Translations under genes and position numbers: made by a program
In this document: one piece after another, positions 52,719 to 62,522 of the stretch
Layout of the letters: each line of letters starts with the position of its first letter
Position numbering within the stretch: the first letter of the stretch is position 1
Notes under the pieces: generated by a model
The model's database searches: none
Seen by the model: only the letters and a program-made list of their open reading frames with translations
Told to the model about the DNA's origin: nothing
Source of the DNA: Promethearchaeota archaeon
GTDB taxonomy: Archaea; Asgardarchaeota; Lokiarchaeia; Sigyniarchaeales; SOKP01
Assembly: GCA_029838195.1 (NCBI GenBank)
Contig: JALGVJ010000002.1
Coordinates: 32,001-96,000, forward strand
Reading direction: 5' to 3'
Length of the DNA: 64,000 nt

Positions 52719-53744
52719 TTATTGATTCGTAATGATATTAAAAATCTCTTCAATCCTGGGTGTTTTTCTACGCAAGGTAATGCATCGCTTCTCTTCACAC
52801 CCTCTTAAAATTGCAATTAATTCATTAAGATGAATGGTTGGAATATCCAAATCATTATCATTAAATAAATTTTTCATGTCTTCCCTAAATTCCGGTTTAC
52901 TCAAGGTATATAAGCATGTCGGGCACGGCATTAATAGGAAATCAGCACCAACATTCTCCGCACTTTTTAATTTTCTATAAGTGATTTTTAAAGCATCGTT
53001 TTTATGAAGAACGATCTGACTTGCACCCCAACCACAGCAACTCTCACGTTCTTGATAATCTACTGGAATTCCACCAAACAATTCAACCAATTCCTCTAAT
53101 TTGGTTTTATCTTTAAAATATTCCTCACGTAATCCATTTTTTGTACGTTTATCCCTCTCCAGATTTAAGTAATGACATCCATAATGAACTGCGACTTTAA
53201 GACCTCTTAAATCAAATTTTAATGTATTTAAAACATCATTCCTAATTAGATAAATAAAATCCAAATCATGAATTATTTTTAAAGGAGGATTCTCTAAAAT
53301 CTGATATTGTCCTGAATAAAGCTCTCCGCCCATTTCTTTTTTAACTTCTTCTAGTATTTTCTCGGTTTTTTTTCTCACTTCAGGCGTATCCAAAAAATCC
53401 CGCCCTCTTAATAAAGAATTATAGCAACCATTGCAACTAACTAATAAAATATCTGCCTCATGAGCTATTTCAATTAAATTACGTTCATTAATCGCTGCGA
53501 ACTGAGCACGAGTAATTAAATTTCTTTGGAAAAATGTTCCCGCACAGCAAGAATTTTCGCAAGATACTACTGATAAATTCAACTCTTCTAAGAGGTCTTC
53601 CATTCCAAAACGTACGCCGGGGAAATATTTTTCCAAACAAGCTTTAAATAAGCAAATTTTTTTTCCTTTGAAAAATTCCAAGGGATGACCCCCATATTCT
53701 TTTTCTATCGCTTTTACATCCAAAACTAATTCATTACCCGGCAT
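52719..53744 (-). CDS. hdrB: Heterodisulfide reductase subunit B-like (CCG domains)
   Basis: C..CCAG..CNGC and HYGCH..CCGWG..CPTC. Confidence 0.85.
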   Translation of the reverse strand: MPGNELVLDVKAIEKEYGGHPLEFFKGKKICLFKACLEKYFPGVRFGMEDLLEELNLSVVSCENSCCAGTFFQRNLITRAQFAAINERNLIEIAHEADILLVSCNGCYNSLLRGRDFLDTPEVRKKTEKILEEVKKEMGGELYSGQYQILENPPLKIIHDLDFIYLIRNDVLNTLKFDLRGLKVAVHYGCHYLNLERDKRTKNGLREEYFKDKTKLEELVELFGGIPVDYQERESCCGWGASQIVLHKNDALKITYRKLKSAENVGADFLLMPCPTCLYTLSKPEFREDMKNLFNDNDLDIPTIHLNELIAILRGCEEKRCITLRRKTPRIEEIFNIITNQ

Positions 53745-53779
53745 GATTTTAATAAAAAATTCTATTTAATCCGTATTTT

Positions 53780-54319
53780 TTATTTTTTTTTATTTTCCTT
53801 ACCTGTGTTTTTCTTTTTAGCCTTGAAAACATATTTTATTCGGGCAAAATCACATATTTTATCTATTTCTTTAATTCTTCGCTCAGATAATGTCGCTTCT
53901 AAAGGTTCTACCAAAACCGTCCCATTAGTAAGAAAATTATTCGCCATTTCTACATATTTCGTGAGATCATTGTATTTTGGGCCGTACCCCCTTTTAAAAG
54001 ATTCATTCCTCAAGTTCAAGATTAAAAGAGGAATGTCTATTCCCTCTCTTGGACATACTCTTTTACATTGTTCACATAAAAAACAGTACCATATCTCCGG
54101 ATCTTTTAAAACGCTTTTATCGCCTTTTAAAATTTTTGTAATGATTTTTCGTATATTATAATTTGAAATCTTAGTAGCAGGGCAATTTCCGACACAGCGT
54201 CCACAAGAGATGCATGCTCGTATGTTCCTATTATCCTCTACATCTTTTACCAGTTCATTATAAAAATCGTAGTTCCATTCTTCTTCTGAATAATTTTCCA
54301 TGATTATACTCGTTTTCAT
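53780..54319 (-). CDS. hdrC: Heterodisulfide reductase subunit C-like
   Basis: CISCGRCVGNCP and WYCFLCEQCKRVCPR; lies upstream of hdrB. Confidence 0.87.
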   Translation of the reverse strand: MKTSIIMENYSEEEWNYDFYNELVKDVEDNRNIRACISCGRCVGNCPATKISNYNIRKIITKILKGDKSVLKDPEIWYCFLCEQCKRVCPREGIDIPLLILNLRNESFKRGYGPKYNDLTKYVEMANNFLTNGTVLVEPLEATLSERRIKEIDKICDFARIKYVFKAKKKNTGKENKKK

Positions 54320-54579
54320 GTCATGAGAAAAAATTTCTTTTTCAATGTAGAAACATAGTTCATGGTAAAAAAAATCTTATATTTTACTTTAAAAAAGAAA
54401 AATAAATCGTGATTAATCCTGATAAATTAATTGAGTTTTGAATTTTTATTTTTTAAAAATTCCTCCAAAAAAGGATAAAATTAAACTTGGTAAATGCAAC
54501 CTTTTATCATACATGTTATTTTTGGATAATAGAAAAAATTTCAATTATTTCGCCTAAGAAATTAAAATTATAAACAAGC

Positions 54580-54837
54580 TCATTTTAATAGCGATCTCAA
54601 GCAAACTTTTATTAATTGTCGTTGAGCATTACAATAATTTAGTCTTTGTTGCGGATTAAGGTCATGTCCTCTTACTATGAACTCTTGCGTTTTTTTTAGA
54701 AGATATAACCGTTCGTTTCTATCTAATTTTTCAGCATTTTGGAGTTTTAAAAATAAATTTTTAAACTCTTCTGAATTTATGGCAGAGTTCTTTAGTGCAG
54801 ATTGGCTTTCTAATTCCTTAGTTCTTGGAACTATCAT
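54580..54837 (-). CDS. Small hypothetical protein
   Basis: 85-aa helical ORF with no recognised motif. Confidence 0.45.
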   Translation of the reverse strand: MIVPRTKELESQSALKNSAINSEEFKNLFLKLQNAEKLDRNERLYLLKKTQEFIVRGHDLNPQQRLNYCNAQRQLIKVCLRSLLK

Positions 54838-55019
54838 GAGAGTAAGCTATAAACGAGAGTTAGTTATCATTTCAAACAAATATATTCTCGTATTTTACAA
54901 ATAATATTTCTTTTTTTAATGAAAATAATATCCCGATATTATCATTAGATAGCTTCTTAGTTTTTCATTAATCGAGTTCATGAAAAAATCTTATAATTTA
55001 AAATGATGATTTCTTATTT

Positions 55020-55757
55020 TCATGGATCAAAAAGATATCCTCCACTTATCACGTTCGAAGGTTCTACAATTTCTCCTTTTAATGTAACCCGCGTGGCGTT
55101 AATTTTAAAATTTATAGCCGTTTTTATCTCTTCCACGATTATTACTCTACCATAAACAAATTCAAAAGCTTTTAAATAGAGGGGGTCAAATTCAATCAAA
55201 TCCATGGCTTTACCTAAAATTTTTCCATTTGCCTTGATGACCATGTCCAAAGGATAAGTTTTAAGGTCTTTAAGAGGTAAAAAATAGCACCGATTTAACC
55301 TATTCTTTTTTAGAAAATTCAAACATTCTTGAGCAACACGTAAATCATCGACGATAATATGGTTTAATTTATCCCCTGCAGCAGCTTTTAATGCTTGTTT
55401 ATATTTAATATCATGAGAAAATAAACCGGCAACAGTTCCATGAATTTTTCCGTGAATATGGTATTTTACTTTAAGCTCCGGAACCTTTTCTAATTCAAGC
55501 AAGGCATCAATCGGATTCAATAACTTATCATTGATTATATTCGCATGGTTTAAATCCTGATGGAATTCATGATTTTCAAGGAAGAGCGGAATTTTTCTTA
55601 AATTTAATGTTTTTTCTAACCTTTGTTGTTCACTTTTTAATAGATTCAAATTCTCTTTCTTTAAATCTAAGAATGGAATGATATGGGTCATTCCTTTCCA
55701 CTCATGACATGAATCTCTTCTTGAATTATATTCTTGAGCATTTTCTTGAAAGGTCAT
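55020..55757 (-). CDS. Stand-alone SMC hinge-domain protein
   Basis: IHGTVAGLF..Y..AL.AAAG.KLNHIIVDD...FLPL...FVYG...RVTLKGE....ISGG. No ATPase heads or long coiled coils. Confidence 0.8.
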   Translation of the reverse strand: MTFQENAQEYNSRRDSCHEWKGMTHIIPFLDLKKENLNLLKSEQQRLEKTLNLRKIPLFLENHEFHQDLNHANIINDKLLNPIDALLELEKVPELKVKYHIHGKIHGTVAGLFSHDIKYKQALKAAAGDKLNHIIVDDLRVAQECLNFLKKNRLNRCYFLPLKDLKTYPLDMVIKANGKILGKAMDLIEFDPLYLKAFEFVYGRVIIVEEIKTAINFKINATRVTLKGEIVEPSNVISGGYLFDP

Positions 55758-56018
55758 TTTTAGTCACTAATTAATTCTTAAATAAACCGATTTAATTTAA
55801 ACTGAAATAAAAAATCGTTTTTATGATTGCAAGATCTTTTTTTCTAATTAAAGAAAATAATATTCACGTGATATGGAACTCGTACCGCAAAAAAATTTTT
55901 TATTTTTATACTTAGAAGAATAAAAGAAAATTATCAAAAAAGGAGAGAAATTTAAATGATAGCATCATTCTTAAACTTTTAAAATCTAAATATTTAATAC
56001 AAGCATGATTTTAATGAG

Positions 56019-56930
56019 TTAAAGATTTAATGCCTCCCTTGATAAGATTTCAATTACCGCCTTCCACGTTTCTTCAACACTCCACGGATTATTATTTTTT
56101 ATTTTTTCTGAAATGTCCATAAATAATTTTTTTACCTTCATGCTTTCAAAATAATTAATCTTGGGTGCCAATAAAGTTAACATGTACTGTTGCTGTTTTC
56201 CTCTTTTTTTTGGATCGACGCATGAATCAAAAAGCATGTAACACATCTTTCCAATTTTTTCAATGTTTATTAAAATTCCCTCGGGTTTCGTGATTTTTTC
56301 CTGGCCAAAAAGGAAAACGGACGTCTGAAATAGTTGAATTCCCATATTTTCAATAAATTCTTTATTTTCTTCTCTTATAGGATACCACCAATTTAATTGA
56401 GGGCCGTATACATCGTCCCAATGCATCATGAATAGGAGGATATCCTCTTTCTTATCTTCCTTTTGCAAGGAAGGTTTCACGACCTCTTTTAATTTTTCGA
56501 TCGATTCATTCACGTTTTTTTTGATAATTTCTGATCTTTTGACCTTGTTAAGTTTTCCATTAATAACTGCCAAAAGGTCCTTTCCTTTAAAAGGTTTCAC
56601 GATATAATCGTCAACTCCAAGTAATTTACCGAATCGAATCTCCTCTTTCGAGGATTTTGCCGTTAAAAAAAGAAACGGGATGTGAAACCATTGAGGATTG
56701 TTCGAAACTTCCTTGAAAAATTCATATCCATTCATTTCAGGCATGATGATATCACTAATGATTAGATCAGGTAAAGTAGGAGAATTTTCTAAAATTTTTA
56801 TTGCCCTTTTTCCATTAATTGCCCTGATAACTCTAAATCTATTAGTTTCTAACATTAATTGCAGATTATCGAGGAGCTCTTGATTATCATCCACTATTAA
56901 AATTAAAGATTTACTTCTTCTTCTTCCCAT
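56019..56930 (-). CDS. Response-regulator receiver fused to a uDENN/longin-like domain
   Basis: IVDD, SDIIMPEMNG, TAK and KPF in the receiver; C-terminal LFMMHWDDVYGPQLNWWYP. Confidence 0.8.
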   Translation of the reverse strand: MGRRRSKSLILIVDDNQELLDNLQLMLETNRFRVIRAINGKRAIKILENSPTLPDLIISDIIMPEMNGYEFFKEVSNNPQWFHIPFLFLTAKSSKEEIRFGKLLGVDDYIVKPFKGKDLLAVINGKLNKVKRSEIIKKNVNESIEKLKEVVKPSLQKEDKKEDILLFMMHWDDVYGPQLNWWYPIREENKEFIENMGIQLFQTSVFLFGQEKITKPEGILINIEKIGKMCYMLFDSCVDPKKRGKQQQYMLTLLAPKINYFESMKVKKLFMDISEKIKNNNPWSVEETWKAVIEILSREALNL

Positions 56931-57231
56931 ACAACCTTCCCATTAGTTAAAAAAGCCTCTCATGAATTTAAATTTATATGAGTAAATGATCAAAAAAAAT
57001 TTTAACTATCATGGTGGGTCATTATTTACTAAATTTTAAGTAAGCATTCCGAGTTTTCAATTACCTTTAAATAGTTGGAGAATGAATAAAAAATTCCGAA
57101 TAGTTAATTAAGAGCTCATGGTTGAATTTTATACTTGAAAGAGAGAATTGATTTTACTATTCCTGAAAATATCTTGGCAACCAATTTAAAAACAATTGAT
57201 TCAAGGAAAAAAATCAAATTAAACAAATTTG

Positions 57232-57759
57232 TTAATAAATGGTGGTGTTTTGAAACACGGTAAATATTGTCGATTTTTGAATGGTATAGTTAATATTTGA
57301 TGGTATGAGCTCTTGAATGCTTCCAATGAGTTTTATTATCTTTTCTCCCAGATCATTTTTCTTTTCTTCCAATTGGGGGTCATATTTGTGCAATAAAATG
57401 GAAAATTTCAGCGATACGTTTTCCCTTTTAATTATTTGAATGATGTTTCGTAAGAACTCCAAGGCAAGCTCATATCTATCGATATCTTGGACGTCTATCA
57501 GATACATTATCTTATTAGCGCCTTGAAGATGGTGTTTTAAGTTCTCTAAATGATTTTTTCTATAGGTTTCTTGCCCTCCAAAATCAAGAATAATATAGAT
57601 GTCCTCCTTGATCTTAACCTTTCGCATTTCCGTGCCTTTAGTAGGTGTGAGTTCGTCCAAAAGCGATAATAAATTTTTTCCCATTAAACTAAAAATCAAA
57701 GACGTTTTACCGCAATTATCTAAACCCAAAATCAAGATCTTTTTCGGTTCTTTTTCCAT
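57232..57759 (-). CDS. Small GTPase (Arf/Rag-like, Asgard type)
   Basis: GLDNCGKT, PTKG, DFGGQ, HKYD and STI. Confidence 0.9.
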   Translation of the reverse strand: MEKEPKKILILGLDNCGKTSLIFSLMGKNLLSLLDELTPTKGTEMRKVKIKEDIYIILDFGGQETYRKNHLENLKHHLQGANKIMYLIDVQDIDRYELALEFLRNIIQIIKRENVSLKFSILLHKYDPQLEEKKNDLGEKIIKLIGSIQELIPSNINYTIQKSTIFTVFQNTTIY

Positions 57760-57797
57760 GGAATTTCCTTATCTTTTCAATTGTTCATGAACTCATT

Positions 57798-58133
57798 TTA
57801 TAACAAGAGATCTTCAAGATCGCGCTTGCTTCTTTCCCATAATTCATTTTTTTCGATATCATCAATGAATGCTTGCAAAATCGCTAATAACTTGAAAATG
57901 TCGTCATTTTTAATGAAATAGTAATTGATATTATTTACTTTTTTGTAATCTATTAACTGATTTTCTCGAAGCATTTTTAATTGCTGGGAAATCGTTGACT
58001 GAGACTTATTCAAAATTTCTTGAATCTCTGCAGATGTCCTTTCTTTTTCTTTTAACAAGTTTAAAATATCCAACCGAGTATTATCCGCTAAAAGGTTTAA
58101 TAAATTTATCAATTTGTTGTATTGTGAGTTCAT
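57798..58133 (-). CDS. ArsR/SmtB family regulator
   Basis: LADNTRLDIL..SQSTISQQLKML. Confidence 0.88.
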   Translation of the reverse strand: MNSQYNKLINLLNLLADNTRLDILNLLKEKERTSAEIQEILNKSQSTISQQLKMLRENQLIDYKKVNNINYYFIKNDDIFKLLAILQAFIDDIEKNELWERSKRDLEDLLL

Positions 58134-58286
58134 TTAAAATCTTAAATGTATTAGCTATTTTTATTAATTTAATGTTTTCCCTTATAATTCATTTATATTA
58201 ACATCCATTTTTGAAGATACAAAAGTTTAAATAGAAATGTATCTTAATTATTATTTGAGTACCGTTATATGCCGATATGTCCATAT

Positions 58287-58347
58287 GCAAAATGATCGAT
58301 ATCTTATAAAATTTTTGAAGCCGCAAAATGATCGATATCTTATAAAA
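58287..58347. repeat. Perfect 25-bp direct repeat (2 copies), probable operator/promoter
   Basis: GCAAAATGATCGATATCTTATAAAA at 58287..58311 and 58323..58347, between the divergent ArsR and Lrp genes. Confidence 0.85.
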
Positions 58348-58379
58348 AATAAAAAAATTAGAAAATTAGGCCATAAAGA

Positions 58380-58883
58380 ATGGTAACAGAAGTTTTAAAA
58401 ATTGATGAGGTAGATAAAAAAATCATTCAAATTGTTCAAGAACAACCTCATCTCACTCATACAGAAATTGCTTCACGGGTAAATCGTTCTCAGCCCACTG
58501 TTGGAATGCGTATTAAAAGATTAGAGGAGACGGGTGTTTTAAAATATCAAGCCGGAATAAATATTAAATCGACGGAATTATATTATGCGAGAGTAGAAAT
58601 TGAAACAAATCATCCTGATATATTTTTAAAGAAAATTAGCACGTGTCCTTTCATGTTAAATGCTTTTAAACTAAATGGTGTTAAAAATTTAAGTATCATA
58701 ATCGCAAGTTTCAATCTTGAAAATTTAGATAAGATCGTAAATTACCATTTTCGAAATAATCCCGATGTCATATCCTTAAGATACGACATTATCGTGGATG
58801 TCTTACGTGATTTTGTTTTACCTTTTAATTTTACCCTAGATCATTGTGAATGCCCATTAAAAAGCAATTGTCTTAATCCTTGA
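58380..58883 (+). CDS. Lrp/AsnC family regulator with a Cys-rich tail
   Basis: DKKIIQI..SQPTVGMRIKRLE helix-turn-helix, CPF, and terminal CECP..C. Confidence 0.88.
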   Translation: MVTEVLKIDEVDKKIIQIVQEQPHLTHTEIASRVNRSQPTVGMRIKRLEETGVLKYQAGINIKSTELYYARVEIETNHPDIFLKKISTCPFMLNAFKLNGVKNLSIIIASFNLENLDKIVNYHFRNNPDVISLRYDIIVDVLRDFVLPFNFTLDHCECPLKSNCLNP

Positions 58884-59137
58884 ACGGGCAAATTTTAGTT
58901 AGACACTAAAAAATATCAAATCATCAATTTTTTTCCATTAAAATTAATATTATTGTGGTAACGGGGAAAAGACCCCTTATATCAAAATCGATTTTATGAA
59001 TTGAAATCGTTAATTTATTTTATCTAAAAATGCATGAATTAATACTTTATATAGGAAAAAAAAGCGAGTATTATTAAAAGAGAAAATGTTAAAAAAATAA
59101 TAAATTATTGAATAATACTCTATTTTCGAAGGCAATT

Positions 59138-59788
59138 TTAGAAGTTTTGGGCAACCCATTCTTCAAATTTTATTTTTCTCAACTGTTCTGCCCATAGAGA
59201 TTTAATGTTTGGAACATTTGGAAGTAAATTTTCTTCCTTGAGGAAGTCGTGAAGTTTTTCCATGGTTTTTTCTAACAATATTTCTTGTAAGGGAACATTA
59301 AATTTCGAAAATAATTTTAATTTTGCATCAATTTCCTTTTTGGACTCTTTAATTATTTTTATCCAATTTTTTGCTAATATTGTAGTAATCTCCTCAATGT
59401 CTCGAATTTGTTCCATGAAAAAAATGGGAAACGTGAGGTGATATTTCGACCCTTCCTTTTTTATTAATTTATACCATTCCAAAATTAATAAATGATTTTC
59501 GATCGTTTCTCTTGTCCATTGAAATTTCACGTTAGGAATGAATTCTTCGGCAGATACCAATAAGGGGGCAGGAGAAAAATTTAGATGCTCATGGATCTCT
59601 TCCATGGAACTTACTCCATTTTTAGCCAAATAAATTAATATTTCTCTCCTAACCTTATTTTCTAAGATCCAGGGTATTTCTCCCTCATCCCACGGCTTTC
59701 CCTTATCAAAATCAAACCATGGCTGGATTTCATCGACCCGAATATTTCCAACAAAACGAAATTGATTATATTTGCTGGTTTCTTTCAT
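59138..59788 (-). CDS. Winged-helix domain hypothetical protein
   Basis: VRREILIYL..SMEEI...TIENHL..LEWYKLI. Confidence 0.6.
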   Translation of the reverse strand: MKETSKYNQFRFVGNIRVDEIQPWFDFDKGKPWDEGEIPWILENKVRREILIYLAKNGVSSMEEIHEHLNFSPAPLLVSAEEFIPNVKFQWTRETIENHLLILEWYKLIKKEGSKYHLTFPIFFMEQIRDIEEITTILAKNWIKIIKESKKEIDAKLKLFSKFNVPLQEILLEKTMEKLHDFLKEENLLPNVPNIKSLWAEQLRKIKFEEWVAQNF

Positions 59789-59832
59789 AGCATGTTTATT
59801 TTAAGCTAAAAAAAATATAATTATCTGATTTT

Positions 59833-60345
59833 TTACAGCACTTCAAGAATTGCATCAATATCTAACCAGCCCTTTTTGGCATGAATGATCTTACCCTTTT
59901 CATCAATGACAAATTGGCCTGGTTCTTGTTTTTCATAACCCTCATATTCTCCATGCTCAATTCCAAGCTTTTTAGCCTCTTTTAACCGCTTGGGAACTTT
60001 CGCAATGGTCTTAATCCCCATCATGCCTAAGCCATACTGTGTATAAAGCTCTTCTTTTGGAGAAAAAATAACGGGAAAATCCACATTTCTCTCTTCAATA
60101 AATTTACGTGCCACCTTTTCTCCAGATTGCGTAACGTATAATATCGTTGCTCCTTTATTTTTTATCTCATCTTGGCGTTCTAATAAAATATTCCAGTCCA
60201 TTTGGCAGATTGGACATCCAAAATATCTCGAAAAGATCAAAACTATCTTTTTATTTCCAATTAATTTTTCCAAGTCCACTAGTCCCTTGTTATAGGAAGT
60301 CAATTTAAACCGGGGAGCATCGGCTCCCTCTTTTATATCTCCCAT
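59833..60345 (-). CDS. Peroxiredoxin-like (AhpC/TSA) redoxin
   Basis: APRFKL, RYFGCPIC and PGQFVIDEKG. Confidence 0.88.
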   Translation of the reverse strand: MGDIKEGADAPRFKLTSYNKGLVDLEKLIGNKKIVLIFSRYFGCPICQMDWNILLERQDEIKNKGATILYVTQSGEKVARKFIEERNVDFPVIFSPKEELYTQYGLGMMGIKTIAKVPKRLKEAKKLGIEHGEYEGYEKQEPGQFVIDEKGKIIHAKKGWLDIDAILEVL

Positions 60346-60406
60346 CGATTCATCACGTGTCTCTTCTTATATTTTATTTTAAATTATATTAATTAAAAAT
60401 TCATGA

Positions 60407-61387
60407 TTATTTAAATGGATTTTGAGTTTCTTCCTCTAACATGGCTTCCACTAACACATCCGTAGCTTCCGCTTCAGTTAGCCCCCTAGCCATGAGTTCA
60501 TTTAACCATTTCTCGGGAAATCTCCCTAAAGAAGCTTCGTGAGATACGCTCGAAGTCGGGTCTATCGCTCGAATGAAAGGACGAGCCCTACATTTTGAGC
60601 CTTTTCCTAACACGATCTCACTGCATTCCACGTGCCCATTACAATAGGGTGCATTAGCTTCCGTGATTCCCTGCATGAGCACCTCTCCTCCATCCTTAGC
60701 GGCAGCTTTCATTTTTATTACACTTCGTGCTTTTATTCCTTCAAGGAAAATTGCATCCCGAATTCGTATGGAATCATTTTTGGTTTTTCCAAAAGCTTTT
60801 ATGTTAGATCGAATGATTGAATTTTCCATTGCATAGATATCAATGTTTATTTTTACTTTACCCGTAGTACCCCGTGTCAATGTGAAATTATTTTCAAAAA
60901 CACTATTTTCTCCCACGTACATGTAGGCCACTGGCGCTACTAATGCACCACTTTTCTCGCCATGATAATGCGTTTCACTATATGTGAAATCACAGTTGTT
61001 TCCAATGTAAAAATGACCAAACATCTTGTGAATTAACCCATCTGCATTAGGAAAACTACAATGTGCTTGAATAATGACCTTTGTATTATCCTCTGCAATA
61101 ATTCGGGGGAAAATCTCTTGAATCCCCGATTCTTTTTGAACACCGAAGCATAAATGAACGGGATCCTCAAGCTTAGTTCCTTCCTTTATGATCACGTCAG
61201 CAACAATTCCATTTTCTATTTCTCTTCCTTTTAATATGATCCCATCTACTTGTTCCATGGCCCGAATCCTGTTAAAATCTAATAATAATTTAGCTCCCCT
61301 CCCATGTCCGGGCATAAAATCCCTAATATCAATGTTATAATCTTCTAAACTTTCTAATATCTTTTCTGGATATTCCGAATTTGACAT
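60407..61387 (-). CDS. sufB: Fe-S assembly scaffold SufB/SmsB
   Basis: PVHLCFG, AHCSFP, GHVECSEI, HEASLG and LMARGL. Confidence 0.9.
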   Translation of the reverse strand: MSNSEYPEKILESLEDYNIDIRDFMPGHGRGAKLLLDFNRIRAMEQVDGIILKGREIENGIVADVIIKEGTKLEDPVHLCFGVQKESGIQEIFPRIIAEDNTKVIIQAHCSFPNADGLIHKMFGHFYIGNNCDFTYSETHYHGEKSGALVAPVAYMYVGENSVFENNFTLTRGTTGKVKINIDIYAMENSIIRSNIKAFGKTKNDSIRIRDAIFLEGIKARSVIKMKAAAKDGGEVLMQGITEANAPYCNGHVECSEIVLGKGSKCRARPFIRAIDPTSSVSHEASLGRFPEKWLNELMARGLTEAEATDVLVEAMLEEETQNPFK

Positions 61388-62184
61388 TAGTCTCCTTCCT
61401 CACTAAAGATTTTCTCAATATAATCATCTGAAAAACATTTCTCTCCATTTTTGGATAAGGTGCGTTTGCAAAACTCTTTAAGACCCGCTTTCTTGCAATA
61501 ATGGAGCATTACTTTTGGAAACTCATCCGTGATAAGCGCATCTCCGTACCACAATAACGTGCCATAATCTGCTACTATGCCAATATCCTCTCGATGCGTG
61601 ATTAATAATATTGTCATGTTAAGTTCTTTTATCTTATTGAAAATCCTCAAAAAATCTTCCACGATAATAAAATCAAGCCCGGAATCAGGCTCATCTAAAA
61701 TTATCAAATGGGGACGCATGGCTATGGTAGCTGCTAATTCAATGCGCTTTCTCTCTCCTCCACTTAGAGTTTCGTCGATTTTCCTTGATAAATATTTCTC
61801 TGGCTCTAAAGAAACGATTTCTAATGCTTCTCTTACCCGTTCTTCGCAATTTGTTTTCTCGCGAATCCCTAATGAAATGTACTTTTCCACGGATAGCCCA
61901 TCTATCCTTGCAGGTTCTTGCCAAGCCAGAGTAATCCCTAATTGAGCCCGCTCCGTGACATTTAAATGTGTAATGTCCTTGCCATTAAATAGTATTTTAC
62001 CCCGTAATATCTTATGCGAATCTAATCCCATGATAGCATAGGCTAACGTGCTTTTTCCTGAACCATTGGGGCCAATTATGGCATGAATCGTGCCCTCTTT
62101 CACGCCAAAGGATACATCATTTACGATGACGCATTTTCCATCTAAGGTGGGGATTGTCACGTTTTGCAGTTCTAATAGATACAT
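61387..62184 (-). CDS. sufC: Fe-S assembly ATPase SufC/SmsC
   Basis: GPNGSGKS, LAWQEP, LSGGERKRIE, LDEPDSG and ITH; coupled to sufB. Confidence 0.9.
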   Translation of the reverse strand: MYLLELQNVTIPTLDGKCVIVNDVSFGVKEGTIHAIIGPNGSGKSTLAYAIMGLDSHKILRGKILFNGKDITHLNVTERAQLGITLAWQEPARIDGLSVEKYISLGIREKTNCEERVREALEIVSLEPEKYLSRKIDETLSGGERKRIELAATIAMRPHLIILDEPDSGLDFIIVEDFLRIFNKIKELNMTILLITHREDIGIVADYGTLLWYGDALITDEFPKVMLHYCKKAGLKEFCKRTLSKNGEKCFSDDYIEKIFSEEGD

Positions 62185-62522
62185 GGATGGTCTATTTTCT
62201 TTTTTTCTAAATTCATCTCTATCTCATTTATTCAAGCTATATAATATTTTTTTTAAAGAAAACTTATTGTTCTCCATTTATCTATATAGATAAAAAAAGC
62301 CTTCCAAAAGTCTTAAAAATGATACAATCAGCTCAAATTCGCACATCTTTTCTCCATTTTCCTCTTCGCTGTTAATTTCATGACCATTTAAATCAGCTCT
62401 TTCTTATTATTCTAAGTTTTCTCTCTCATTACAAGATATAATTAAAATCTTTAAATTAAGAGAACTCTATATACTTACATGAAAAATCATGTTAAAAAGA
62501 AAAATTAATTGAGAGTTAAAAA

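Noticed and set aside
58287-58347. Mini-CRISPR interpretation of the 25-bp repeat
   Set aside because: Only two copies with an 11-bp spacer, and no cas genes in the window.
59833-60345. Possible selenoprotein (Loki Prx-like proteins can contain Sec)
   Set aside because: The redox motif is CPIC with Cys codons. No in-frame TGA or SECIS was recognised.
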